From Bdellovibrionales bacterium (GTDB lineage Bacteria; Bdellovibrionota; Bdellovibrionia; Bdellovibrionales; UBA1609), in assembly GCA_965219095.1 (NCBI GenBank), contig CBDCMT010000001.1:1888001-1952000 (forward strand): DNA of 64,000 nt, given 5' to 3'. The number at the start of each line of letters is the position of its first letter. The stretch's first letter is position 1. Below are positions 10,867 to 21,655 of the stretch, one piece after another. The notes under the pieces are model-generated. The model saw only the letters and a list, made by a program, of their open reading frames with translations, made no database searches and was not told the DNA's origin. The translations under genes were made by a program, and so were the position numbers.

Positions 10867-12614
10867 CCTAAATTCCCGACAAAAAATATACACTAGGATT
10901 TAAGTTCTGCTCAGAATCTGGAAAATTTCTTATTCCCCCTCGTAAAAAGTAGGATTTCATAGAATTTTTAGAGATAAATACTCTTGCCTATGCTTAATCC
11001 TGATGTATAATATATACAGCAGGATTGCTAGGAGGATATACGATGAGTTTCATTAGAAGAATAAAAAAGAAGGATGGACAAGTTTATTTGGCTGAAGTTG
11101 AAAGCAAATGGATCAATGGGAAATCAGTCCAAAAGCATATTCGTTATATTGGAAAAGAGATTAATGGAGAAGTTGTGCTTTCTCTCTCATCAAAAGATCT
11201 CCAAGTGGATGGAGTTAAGGTATATGGCCCCCTTTTACTGTTCCATAGTATCTCAAAAAAAATTAAACTTCCAGAAATTTTAGGTAAATATTCTGATGAG
11301 ATTCTCAGTATGATTTATGCTCACTGTATGGATTATAGAAGTGTACGTAATATGCCAAAATGGTACGAGAGGACAGACTTAAATCTTCTGTTAGATTTAG
11401 GAAATCTAACAGAAGCTCGATTAGTTAAAGCAATGGATAGTATAAATGATGATCAAATAGAGATTTATCAAAGGTCTATTTTTAGCAACGTAAAAAAGAT
11501 GTATAGGTTGGACTCTAAGGGAATAGTATATGATCTAACAAATACTTATTTTCATGGGAAGCATTGTGTTATGGGGAAAGTGGGAAGAAGTAAAGATGGG
11601 CGTCGACAAAATGATCTTATCCAAATAGCACTTGCAACGACTCAAAAGGACGGAATTCCAGTATTCCACAAAACCTTTGATGGAAATATCCATGACAGTA
11701 AAACTCTAGCGGACGTTTCCAATAATTTTTCTCAACACAGTCTTCAGTCTGGACTACTCATCTATGATCGAGGCATAGTATCCGAGAAAAACATTGATTT
11801 CATAGGGGATTTAGGCTGGCACACGTTGTGTGGCTTGCCTATGCGAGAAAAAGAAAAAGCTATCATAAGACGAACTATAAAGAATGATTCTATAAATAAT
11901 ATTTCAAATATGGTGACAATTGGAGAAAGTATTTTTTACGTTAAAGGTATACCTCATTCATTCGGATCGATTAAAGGAAAGCTTGTCATCTGCTATAATG
12001 AATCTAAAAAAACAGAAATCACAGAGTCAAGGAGGAAAAGGATTCTAAATGCTCAGGAGTTAATAAATAAAAATAAAAAAATTGAAGAAGGACTTAGAAA
12101 GCACTTGACTCCCAGGGGAAGAATAAGAACTGATGTGTTAAAGAAAGATGAGGAGCTTGATGGATACTCGTGTATATTTTCTACGAAGAAGATCTCCGAC
12201 AAAGAAATGGTGAGATTGTATTTTGACAAAGAGATCATTGAAAGAGCTTTCAAAACTTTAAAAGGTATTTCAAATGTACGCCCTATTAGATTTTGGTTAA
12301 ATAAGAGAGTCAAGTCACATGTTTTTATCTGCTATTTATCTTATCTCATATTATCTATCCTTAAACTAAATCTAAAATCTAAGGGCATAAATATGTCGCC
12401 AGAAAAAGCAATTGAAAACTTAGAAACTATGTACAACGTTTATCTATCAGATAACCGTAAAAAACATAAATTTACTAGAACCGTAACTCTTAACAAAACT
12501 CAAGAACAGATATTGAAATCGGTGGACCCAAAAATTTTAAAGAATCACATAATGCTTGCTCTATCATATTCATTAAGAAGTATTCCGATGAAAAAGAGAT
12601 TCATCTTATCTTAG
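10867..12614 (+). mobile_element. IS1634-family element with near-complete transposase (11025/11043..12614); right end replaced by IS630 sequence
   Basis: YDLTNTYF, IYDRG, IERAFKTLK, RPIRFW...HVFICYLSY; promoter-like TTGCCT-16-TATAAT at 10984..11011. Confidence 0.85.
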
Positions 12615-12906
12615 ATGGGGCCGGATACAATAGATCGAAGTCTGTCAAGAAGTTCGCGAAAGAGTTGAATATAAAACTTGTTTATCTTCCTCCGTACTCA
12701 CCGAATTTAAATCCTATAGAAAGGCTTTGGAAGTTTATGAAAAAAGAGGTCACGGCGAATCGATATTATGAAAACTATGACGATTTCAAGGGAAGTTTAA
12801 GTCAATTTTTTAGAGGAATACGAAAACACAGATCTAAATTAGAAACTTTGATAACTGATAACTTCTCCATCTTAAGGAAACTGAAAACCTAAACGGAAGC
12901 ACTATA
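12556..12906 (+). mobile_element. IS630 3' remnant
   Basis: Near identical to the 3' part of 49059..50075 (LPPYSPNLNPIERLW); ends GAAAACCTAAACGGAAGCACTA-TA. Confidence 0.9.
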
Positions 12907-13000
12907 TATAATAACATACAATAAAAAACTGTTCTAACCCCAGCCCCTTGTCATTTAAAATTAAGCCCCTCAGACTGTGAAAAAAATAAAAAGTGACAAA

Positions 13001-13038
13001 AATTGTTAAACACATGTCAAATTGTTAAACACATGTCA
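13001..13038. repeat. 19-bp tandem duplication AATTGTTAAACACATGTCA x2
   Basis: Read directly. Confidence 0.85.
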
Positions 13039-13273
13039 AAAATCCATTACATATCTATGAAACAGAGGATGTCAAGAAAAAAAAGAGGGGGGGCAGAGTT
13101 TTTGTCAAAATGTCTTGATAACATAGAGTTCTATGTAAACATCTTTTATGAGAGCCTTATTATCAAAAAAAAAAGTGTTAAGAGCTTTTATCAGCATTAA
13201 TAACGAGAAGATAAGAAAAGATATGCTTATCAGCTCCATATCATTCTTCTTTTAGATGTCTATGAAAAAGAAA

Positions 13274-13313
13274 ATATGGATAACCAGACTTTTAAAAGTC
13301 TGGTTATCCATAT
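13274..13313. repeat. Perfect 40-bp palindrome
   Basis: ATATGGATAACCAGACTTTT|AAAAGTCTGGTTATCCATAT; arm resembles CTCATATGGATGACCAG at 10496 and (reverse complement) ending 56177. Confidence 0.9.
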
Positions 13314-13378
13314 GAGGTATGTAAATTTTATATACTGACAAAAATTGTTTCACTTTCTCAAAACTTCTCTGCTCGCAA

Positions 13379-13451
13379 ATTATTATAATTTTTCTAAAAT
13401 TATAATAATCAATCTTTTTTACTTGATTTTTTTATAACCTTAAATTAAACT
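13379..13451 (+). promoter_or_regulatory. 14-bp inverted-repeat operator and putative sigma70 promoter
   Basis: ATTATTATAATTTT-TCT-AAAATTATAATAAT, then TTGATT-17-TAAACT; conserved in the copy at ~51700..51785. Confidence 0.55.
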
Positions 13452-13490
13452 ACTTATAAAGTAAGTTATAAAAGAAAGGAGATAAAGAAT

Positions 13491-14141
13491 ATGAAAACAA
13501 AAGCTATTTTTAAAACCATTTTTTTACTAGGGGTTCTAACAGTTATTTTTCCTCCTCTAAGCTCTGCTATAAGAGGAAAGAGTAAAACCGGAGTGGAAAA
13601 AAGAAGTACTGATGCAAGACAAACTATCAATAATAAAGGAGAGGTTAAAAGAGGTAATTTAGGAGAATTAGGAAAAATTCTAGAAAAAAAGAAAGTTTCT
13701 CATGAAAGGATCTCAAGTCTTCTAAAAGCTCTTAAAGACTACAATAAAAATCAAAGCTCAAAACTAACAGAAGAGAATGTCGTTCAATTCACCTCTAAAA
13801 GTAAGGCTGGAGAAAAACTTTTAGATTCTCTTACAACATCTAAAAATCAGGTGATGGGTTTAGTGTCAATTTTTAGTCTTTTTAAAGCATTTGATTCAAA
13901 ATATCTGGAAAAAAGCGAAACAGAAAAGACAACAGAGTTTAAAAATATGGAACAGTTAGTAAGCGAAATAGCAAAAGCTATCAAGAATGATACAGAAAGT
14001 AATTATATTTTATTAGACACTACCATGAAGAAATCAACAGAGGACAAAGTCTTAGAAGTAGCACTTGCAAAATACAATGAGAATAGACCCGAAAGAAAAC
14101 ACATTACATTGGAGGAATTGAAAAAACGTTGCAAAGTTTAA
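13491..14141 (+). CDS. Secreted basic hypothetical protein
   Basis: RBS AAGGAG; Sec-type signal peptide MKTKAIFKTIFLLGVLTVIFPPLSSA. Confidence 0.75.
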   Translation: MKTKAIFKTIFLLGVLTVIFPPLSSAIRGKSKTGVEKRSTDARQTINNKGEVKRGNLGELGKILEKKKVSHERISSLLKALKDYNKNQSSKLTEENVVQFTSKSKAGEKLLDSLTTSKNQVMGLVSIFSLFKAFDSKYLEKSETEKTTEFKNMEQLVSEIAKAIKNDTESNYILLDTTMKKSTEDKVLEVALAKYNENRPERKHITLEELKKRCKV

Positions 14142-14164
14142 CTCTATAAAAGTTTAAAATGTAT

Positions 14165-14237
14165 GCCTCCTCAAAAGAATCTGTGGGTTCCCGGAGGTTC
14201 TGGCAGTTTTCCAAGGTTATGATATAAGGCGATTTTT
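14165..14237 (-). mobile_element. ISL3 right-end remnant
   Basis: GCCTCCTCAAAAGAATCTGTGGG..., repeated at 17472, 51451 and (reverse complement) 55977. Confidence 0.8.
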
Positions 14238-14348
14238 TTAAGAAGCTGACCTAAAAACTCATCTTTTAAAGTTGCTTTTGGATTTTCTTTTTGGTACTCC
14301 TTAAACCTCATCTCGATACGATCCTGATTAGAAAGTGTTTCATTTCTT

Positions 14349-17135
14349 GTAACTGCTCACTCTCGTAAGTTTTTATTTAAAGCCATAGAGATGGCTTCTA
14401 AAGAAGAATACCCTCTATTTCTCATTGTTTTAACATAGCTGGTAATGCGACAAAAATATTTCGCCATTTCTTCTGTTCTGAAACACCCTGACACTTTCTT
14501 TTTCACTTTAGTCATTCTTAGATCTCTTTCAGCTCTGTTATTAGTAGGATCTACGTTCTTTCTTTTAGCAAAGCACAGTATTTCTGCTTCATACTTTTTA
14601 AATCGCAGCCAAAGGTTTTGAGCTTGTGTATGCTTTATTCGTCCTTTCTTGCCATTTTTCTTAGGAAATTCTGGAAGCTCTTTTAAGCCTTTTGTAAGAA
14701 TACTCCTATACCTTCTCTGAAGAGTTTCGTACTCTTTTTGAGTCAGAACTCTTGACTCTTTTTTATGAACTAACTCCACAGTCTCTTTAAGAAGTTTTTT
14801 GAGATTTGTAGCCCATTTGAATCCATTGCTTTCTTCTATAAATTTAAGCTCTCTCAAAAGGTGAGCCACACACAAAGCATGAGTTATCTTATCATAACAA
14901 AAGTAAGGACTCCAACAATGATCTTCCCCCAAAAAAGTGGACAGTTTTTATGTTCTTAAAGCCCTCCTTTGTTTAAATTCTTTTGGGCTCATGTATTTCA
15001 AGGAAGAATGCATTCTTACCTTGTTATACCAATCCATGTAAATTGCAATTTTTTTTTCCAACTCTTCCTTTGTTGTACAGTCTTTGTATTCCAGTTCATC
15101 CTTCAACGTATGGAAAAAGCTCTCCACAAACGCATTATCATAACAATTTCCTTTCCTAGACATAGATTGCTTGAGGCCAAAGAATTTCAATTCTTTTCTA
15201 AACCCTTCACAACAATATTGAACCCCTTGATCCGAGTGGATTATCAAGCCCTCTAAGTTCCCAGAAACAGATTGGACTGCGGCTCTCAGAGCCTGTTTTG
15301 AATGAACCCCGTCCAAGCTCTCACAGAGCTTCCAAGACTTAATCTCTCGATTATAGACATCTAAAAATACAACCAAATACAGAAATTTATCTCTAAAAGG
15401 AATATAGGTTAAATCCGAACACCATACCTGGTTTTCTTTTCCTGCTTGGCTCTGTCCTGTCTTAAACAACCGAGGAGACTTAATCATGAGAGGGTTATTC
15501 TTTGTTGTTCTAGGAACATAGGGTTTTTTCTGACGGGCACTGAGATTCTTTAGTTTCATAATTCGAGCTACTTTGTTTTCTCCAGCACTCACTCCGCAAC
15601 GCTTTAATTCCCTATACACCCTGGGGGAACCATAACAGCCTTTATTTTTTTTAAAAATAGATTCTATGTTTTTCTCCAGATTTTTATCCTTTTCAAGCTT
15701 TCCCCTGGTTTTTAAAAAACTATAAAAACCAGAACGAGATCCTCTTAATAATTCGCAGATGCGAAGCACTGGATGCCCTTTCTCTTTTACATAAAACATA
15801 GCCTTAAATCTCATTTCAGGATTTCCTTTGAAAAAAAAGCCGCTGCCTCTTTCAATATACCTACACTCCGCCTCTCATAGACCAGCTCCTTTTTTAACCT
15901 CTTTATTTCCTCCAATGCCGAAGCCAAGTCATGGGAAGCTTGTCTTTCTACTTCAGGCTTTAGAAAACGCTTCCAAGAGCTTATCACTTGGAAATTTCTC
16001 AGTCCTAGCTTCTCTGAGGCTTCCTTTGCACCTATTTCCTCTGCCAATTCAATGGCTTGCTTTTTAAACTCTTCCGAGTACTGTTTTACTTTTTCCATTC
16101 TTTCTTTTACCTCCATTTTATGGAGACTTTAAGAGAAAATTGACTGTCCGCAGAAACAGGGGAAGTTCACAATCATGCACAAGCACTCCTCCATATCTAT
16201 CCAAGAGACCAATATCTTTTATGGCTTCCCTTCCACGTGAAAGGTGGAGAAACTGCAAGACTAATTCTCCTGAACTATAAGTATGAATCCAGTAGTTTTT
16301 ACCCTTAACCCTCATAGAGGTCTCATCAACATGAATGACCTCTGATTCAAGTATCTTTTCTTTCATCTGCTCTTCCCAACTTTTAAGAAACTCTCCTAAT
16401 TCAGCAATGTATCTCAACATAACTGCAGGAGAAATCATTCGACCTATAAGCCCCATGTAATGTTCCCCAACACGCTCTAAAAGACAGCATCTGAACTATA
16501 ATGAAATTGATGATGGAAGCTCTAATGCCTATACCATACTGAAGAGGACCACTCATACCTTTAGGGAATTGACCTTTATTTCTAGCTCCACATGAGGGAC
16601 AATCCTTAACCTCAGAAGTTACAGTATGGGTTTGAATTTCATAAAAAATATCAATCTTTTTACGCTTCTCAAGGCTTTTTACCTCTGCTGTCTTTAAACA
16701 CATCCCACACTGAGAACACTCTGAGGGAGAGACAGTCTCCTCACTGTTTGTATCTTTACTGTTATCAAGTCTAGAGCCCTTTTTCTGACTCCCACTAGCT
16801 TTCTTATTACGATTCCCTTGACGACTAAAATCTTGCGAAGGAGGAAGACCGCTGTTGCTGGAATTTTTTCGAACCTGTTTTTCTAAAAGCACAACAATCA
16901 GAATGTTCACAACCTTAAAGAGAGATTCAACAATCACAGAAATCTCAGTAGGCACAGAACCTTTCTTTGCAAACTTATCAAAGTCACTTCTTATATTTTT
17001 AATCTCATTTCTGATGGAGGTCTTATTTATTGTCATTTGAAAAGAGTATTTAAAAGAAAATCTGTAAGAGCAAGACTTTTATCTTAAAACAGGTCTAAAG
17101 TTAAGGATAACTGAACAATGTAGGTGAGTAGTTAC
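14349..17135 (-). mobile_element. IS66-family element, copy 1, interrupted by IS3
   Basis: TIR GTAACTGCTCAC / GTGAGTAGTTAC; 8-bp TSD CATTTCTT at 14341 and 17136; HVDET, LCVAHLLREL, TNNRAERDLR. Confidence 0.95.
14919..16169 (-). mobile_element. Complete IS3-family element (orfA 15811..16116, orfB 14948..15814)
   Basis: TG...CA ends, 3-bp TSD CAA, ATGA overlap, WCSDLTYI, HSDQGVQY, DNAFVESFF. Confidence 0.95.
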
Positions 17136-17471
17136 CATTTCTTAAGCTCAAATAGGTGATCTTCTGTTATAAGAGAAAGGGCTTTTTTGAAAATATCTTT
17201 GGCTTTGATTTTTCTACTATAAGGGATTTTATGGAATTTTACTAAAAGCTCTTTTAATTTAAAAAAAAGGTCTTTCTAGGAACCCTCAAATGGGATTCTT
17301 GTTTTTTCATTTTGCACCTTTTTTCTCGTCTTTTTGATACAAATTTTCTTTTGTCATCAAACCTTATTTGATTTGTTTTGTTTCTTTCTTAGAATGAAAG
17401 AAACTATAAGTAGTTAAAACTGGAAAATAGTCCTCCCCAATAAGAAAATCTTAAAATAGAGTGAAAAAAAT

Positions 17472-17838
17472 GCCTCCTCAAAAGAATCTGTGGGTTTCCG
17501 GAGGTTCTGGCAGTTTTCCAAGGTTATGATATAAGGCGATTTTTATAGCTTTAGAGGTTCTAAAGCCGTAAGATTTTCTCATAGTGAGTTTTACTTTGTT
17601 GTTTAAACCCTCTACAAGCTAGAGCTGTTCCTGTAAAGATTTGCAATCAAAAACAGTGTGGACACGTACAGATATCAACGGAAATACTGCTAAATTATTT
17701 AGGGCCACTAAGGTTCCTATCCCACCAAAGATCTTAAAACTCTCTCAGAAATTAGAAAAAATGTAGTGGTACAAAAAAACATGTGTTCTAAGTGCTTGTT
17801 TTTACTGGTTTGACGCAGTCACTTCTGTCACACCGGGG
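17472..17838. mobile_element. ISL3 right-end remnant followed by IS1634-like C-terminal remnant
   Basis: ISL3 end at 17472..~17615; + frame WTRTDINGNTAKLFRATKVPIPPKIL resembles IS1634 C-termini. Confidence 0.6.
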
Positions 17839-18081
17839 CTACAAGAGCATAAATGTGTTGCTGTTTTGCGTTAGTTAGGTTTAGTAATACTAAAAGTTAG
17901 TTACCATAAGTCCTCTATAATTCTCAATCGCATAACTTAATGGGAATGACTGTATTTCTATAGAATCTGTTGATTGTCATCAATCATATGGGAAACATAA
18001 TAAAATCATATTCTTACAAATATCTATTCAACAAAGCCAAACCAGTTGACAAACAGTTCTTCAATGTAAAGATGTGAGTTC

Positions 18082-21000
18082 ATGTTGTATCAAATTCAAA
18101 ATTTTCCTTCCTTACAGGACTTAGAGGGTGATTCTTTAAAATCTTGTTTTACAGTGAATTCGTTTTCTTCACCTATGATATGGGCTCTTTTAGTCCAATC
18201 AAAGCTTTTTCAAAAAGAAAAGATTCTCTTTATCTTTCCCTCTCATAAAGACATTCTAGATTTTCAAGAAGCACTGTTTTTCTTAGATCCTCAAAAATCC
18301 CTTATTTCACTTAAAGGATTCAAAACTTATCCTTCAAGTCAGTGGCTTCCTAGTGAAAGAGAACTTTGTCAAAGAATGAAATGGCTCTACGAAGCACAAA
18401 AACAAGAAGCCAATTTGCTTTGTGCTACAGTTTGTGATTTAAGTCAGAAGACCTTACCATTTAAAGTGTTCAAAGACCATATTACATCATGGTCTCTTAA
18501 AGATAAGATTCCTTTAAATCTTAAAAGTTTTTTCAATAGTTTAGGCTACAAGGAAACAGTTTTTTGCGAAACACCGGGTACTTATGCTCTAAGGGGTGGT
18601 CTTTTTGATGTCTTTTCTCCTGCTTACAATCAGCCTGTAAGAGGAGAGCTTTTTGGTAATGAAATCATGTCTTTAAAGGAAGTAGATATAGCGACTCAAA
18701 GAAGCACCTCTCCTTTAACTTCACTGGAGATCATACCCTCTTATGAAACACTTTACGTTCATGATAAGGTTTGTGAATCTTTTTTAAAGGATCTAAAGAA
18801 AAAAAATCTTTTGAATGAAGTCGATAAAAAATGGATTTACAAAATAGAAAAAAAGGAATTTTTTCAAGAAAGCCCCTTTCTTTTAAATCACTTTTATGAA
18901 AACTTAGAAAGCCCTCTTCATTACATCAAGCCTCCTTTTTCTATGGTCATGTTAGAGCCTCTATTATGTAAAAAAAAGCTAAAAGAGTTAGAAGAAAATG
19001 CAGAAAATTCTTCTTGCGATATTTTGTCTGCAAACTTTGATTCACTTTACACCTCTTATGAAAACATCGCAAACTACGATCTTGAAAATCAAATCTCCCC
19101 TCATACAAGTAGTGTTCCTAAAAAAATCTTTATTTCAGATACAAATAACTTAGGAGAGGACTACATAACAATCTCTTCTTCATCATCCTTTTTTTTAGAT
19201 TCAAAAGATCCTCTGTCTAAAATTAAAGAATTGAAACAAAATGAAATAACTGTTTTTATTGCAAGCCCTCACACAGTAGAGAGAAAAAAACTAAATTTTC
19301 TTTTAGAAGATTGTGGACTAGAGCCTGTTTGCGTTAAGGAAAATGAGTACTTATGGGAATCTTGGATGGAAGATCAAAGACTCAATCCTCTAAGAGTTCA
19401 TATTTTACCACGATCAATAAATAAACCTTTATTTTTAAAAAATTTAAAAATTTGTTTTTTAAGAGAAAAGGATGTGATTGCTTCACAACATGGATTTAAA
19501 AGAAAAAGACCTTCTCAAAAAACAAAATCTACAATCGAAAGAGCTCAAGCTTTAAGTTTCGGAGAACTTTCTGAGGGAGATTATCTGGTCCATGATTCTC
19601 ATGGTATAGGTGTTTACAGAGGGCTTAAAATACTTCTTGTTGAGAGAAGATCTATGGAGTTTTTAAGCCTTGAGTACAAGGGGGGAGATAAGCTTTATGT
19701 CCCTATTTTTGATTTAAACCGTCTGTATCGTTATTCGGGAAAATCATCCTCAGCTCTTATGGATCGTTTGGGTGACAAAAAGTGGAATAAAAAAAGAAAA
19801 AAAGCTTTCGATCAGATTCAAAGCATTGCAGGGGAATTGCTAAAAATCTATGCTTTGAGAAAAAAAAGCTTGAGGGATGTTTATCAAGTTGAATCAGAAG
19901 ATTTAGCTAAGTTTGAAAGAGAGTTTTTTTATGAAGAAACCCCCGAGCAAAGGAAGGCTATTGATGATATTTTTTGTGATATGAAAAAGAGCTCACCTAT
20001 GGATCGTTTGATTTGTGGTGAAGTGGGTTCAGGAAAAACAGAAGTAGCTCTAAGAGCTGTGTTTGTAGCTTGCTACAATCAAAAACAAGTGGCTTTCATG
20101 GCTCCTACAACTTTACTTTCTTTTCAACACTTTCAGAACTTTCAGAGACGATTCAAAGATTGGCCCATAGAGGTTTGTTTGATCAACCGCTTTGTTAGCA
20201 GGTCAGAAATAAAGAAGATTTTAAATAAAACACGTGAGGGGAAGGTGGATGTTCTGATAGGAACTCACAGACTTTTAAGCTCAGATGTTAGCTTTAAGAA
20301 TTTAGGGCTTTTGGTTGTGGATGAAGAGCAAAAGTTTGGGGTGAGAGCAAAAGAAGCGATCAAAAAGATGAAAAGCTCTGTGGACATGTTAGCTCTTTCA
20401 GCAACACCCATTCCAAGAACACTTAATCTGAGCCTTATGGGAATCAGAGATTTAACTCTTATAAAACACCCTCCGCCAGGAAGACAACCTGTAGAAACTT
20501 TTCTCTGTCATCATAAAAAAGAGGGGATTAAAAAAGCTGTCAATCAAGAATTAGACAGAGACGGACAGGTCTTTTTTATGCATAATAGAGTCAAAACCAT
20601 ACCCCGTATTTATGAGTACTTAAAAGAACTTTTACCTCATGCTTCTATAGGAGTGGTACACGGTCAGATGAAGGAACACACCTTAGAAAAAACCATGTTG
20701 AAGTTTTTGAATAAGGACATACAGGTTCTTATTTGCACATCCCTTATTGAATCAGGAATTGACATTCCACAGGTTAACACATTGATTGTCGATCAGCCTG
20801 AACTCTTAGGCTTAAGTCAACTTTATCAGCTAAGAGGGAGGATAGGAAGAAGTGACCGAAAGGCTTATTGCTATCTACTTTTCCCTAAGAACAGAGAACT
20901 CTCTCCTGAAGCTTTAGAGAGAATGAAAGTAGTCCAAGAGAACAACTCTTTAGGTAGCGGACTTCAAATAGCACAATATGACTTAAACATCAGAGGGGCA

Positions 21001-21534
21001 GGACCCCTTTTAGGGACCCAACAATCAGGTCTTGTTGAGACCTTAGGTTATGAATTTTTTATGAGCTTATTAGAGGAGGCTTTAAATCAGTTAAGAGGAG
21101 ATAGGAAAGATGTTTTTCACCCCGATGTGAGCTTACCTGCCTCAGCCTATATACCATCAGATTATATCGATAACTTTAAATTGAAATTAATTTACTATAA
21201 AAATTTATCTCTTTGTGATTCACCAGAAGATCTAAAAGACTTAGAGTTAGAAATGAAAGATCGTTTTGGAAACCTCCCAGAACCTGTGATTAAACTTTTA
21301 GAGTTAACCTCCATAAGGCAAGAGTGCGAAAGGTTAAGAATCTTGAATCTAAAACTTTCTAAAAAATCATTGTCTTTAGACTTTGATCAAGAAAGCTCAG
21401 TACCTCTCAAAAGCATTAAGACTATGTTTGGAACCCAAGCTAAATCTTATAAATTAGTGTCTGATCAAAAAATTATTATCTACAAAGATAATTTAAACTC
21501 GACTAAAGTACTTTCTCTTTTAAACCAATTTTAA
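18082..21534 (+). CDS. mfd: Transcription-repair coupling factor
   Basis: CarD-like LVHDSHGIG, CGEVGSGKT, VVDEEQKFG, SATPIPRTL, QLRGRIGR, TRCF C-terminus; TTGACA at 18046. Confidence 0.96.
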   Translation: MLYQIQNFPSLQDLEGDSLKSCFTVNSFSSPMIWALLVQSKLFQKEKILFIFPSHKDILDFQEALFFLDPQKSLISLKGFKTYPSSQWLPSERELCQRMKWLYEAQKQEANLLCATVCDLSQKTLPFKVFKDHITSWSLKDKIPLNLKSFFNSLGYKETVFCETPGTYALRGGLFDVFSPAYNQPVRGELFGNEIMSLKEVDIATQRSTSPLTSLEIIPSYETLYVHDKVCESFLKDLKKKNLLNEVDKKWIYKIEKKEFFQESPFLLNHFYENLESPLHYIKPPFSMVMLEPLLCKKKLKELEENAENSSCDILSANFDSLYTSYENIANYDLENQISPHTSSVPKKIFISDTNNLGEDYITISSSSSFFLDSKDPLSKIKELKQNEITVFIASPHTVERKKLNFLLEDCGLEPVCVKENEYLWESWMEDQRLNPLRVHILPRSINKPLFLKNLKICFLREKDVIASQHGFKRKRPSQKTKSTIERAQALSFGELSEGDYLVHDSHGIGVYRGLKILLVERRSMEFLSLEYKGGDKLYVPIFDLNRLYRYSGKSSSALMDRLGDKKWNKKRKKAFDQIQSIAGELLKIYALRKKSLRDVYQVESEDLAKFEREFFYEETPEQRKAIDDIFCDMKKSSPMDRLICGEVGSGKTEVALRAVFVACYNQKQVAFMAPTTLLSFQHFQNFQRRFKDWPIEVCLINRFVSRSEIKKILNKTREGKVDVLIGTHRLLSSDVSFKNLGLLVVDEEQKFGVRAKEAIKKMKSSVDMLALSATPIPRTLNLSLMGIRDLTLIKHPPPGRQPVETFLCHHKKEGIKKAVNQELDRDGQVFFMHNRVKTIPRIYEYLKELLPHASIGVVHGQMKEHTLEKTMLKFLNKDIQVLICTSLIESGIDIPQVNTLIVDQPELLGLSQLYQLRGRIGRSDRKAYCYLLFPKNRELSPEALERMKVVQENNSLGSGLQIAQYDLNIRGAGPLLGTQQSGLVETLGYEFFMSLLEEALNQLRGDRKDVFHPDVSLPASAYIPSDYIDNFKLKLIYYKNLSLCDSPEDLKDLELEMKDRFGNLPEPVIKLLELTSIRQECERLRILNLKLSKKSLSLDFDQESSVPLKSIKTMFGTQAKSYKLVSDQKIIIYKDNLNSTKVLSLLNQF

Positions 21535-21655
21535 GAATTTTTCTAGACTTAAGCCTCCTTCTTTAAGAATTATTTAGGGCTTTTGTAATGAATTTCAAGA
21601 TACATCTCAAATTGCTTTAAGATTGATCCGTTAAAGAAACTGGAGGACATTATTT

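Noticed and set aside
13001..13038. Possible CRISPR array or iterons
   Set aside because: Only two adjacent units, no spacers, and no cas or rep genes; no array seen anywhere in the window
21597..21620. Possible sigma54 promoter before the giant lipoprotein
   Set aside because: TTGC is present but there is no GG at the -24 position
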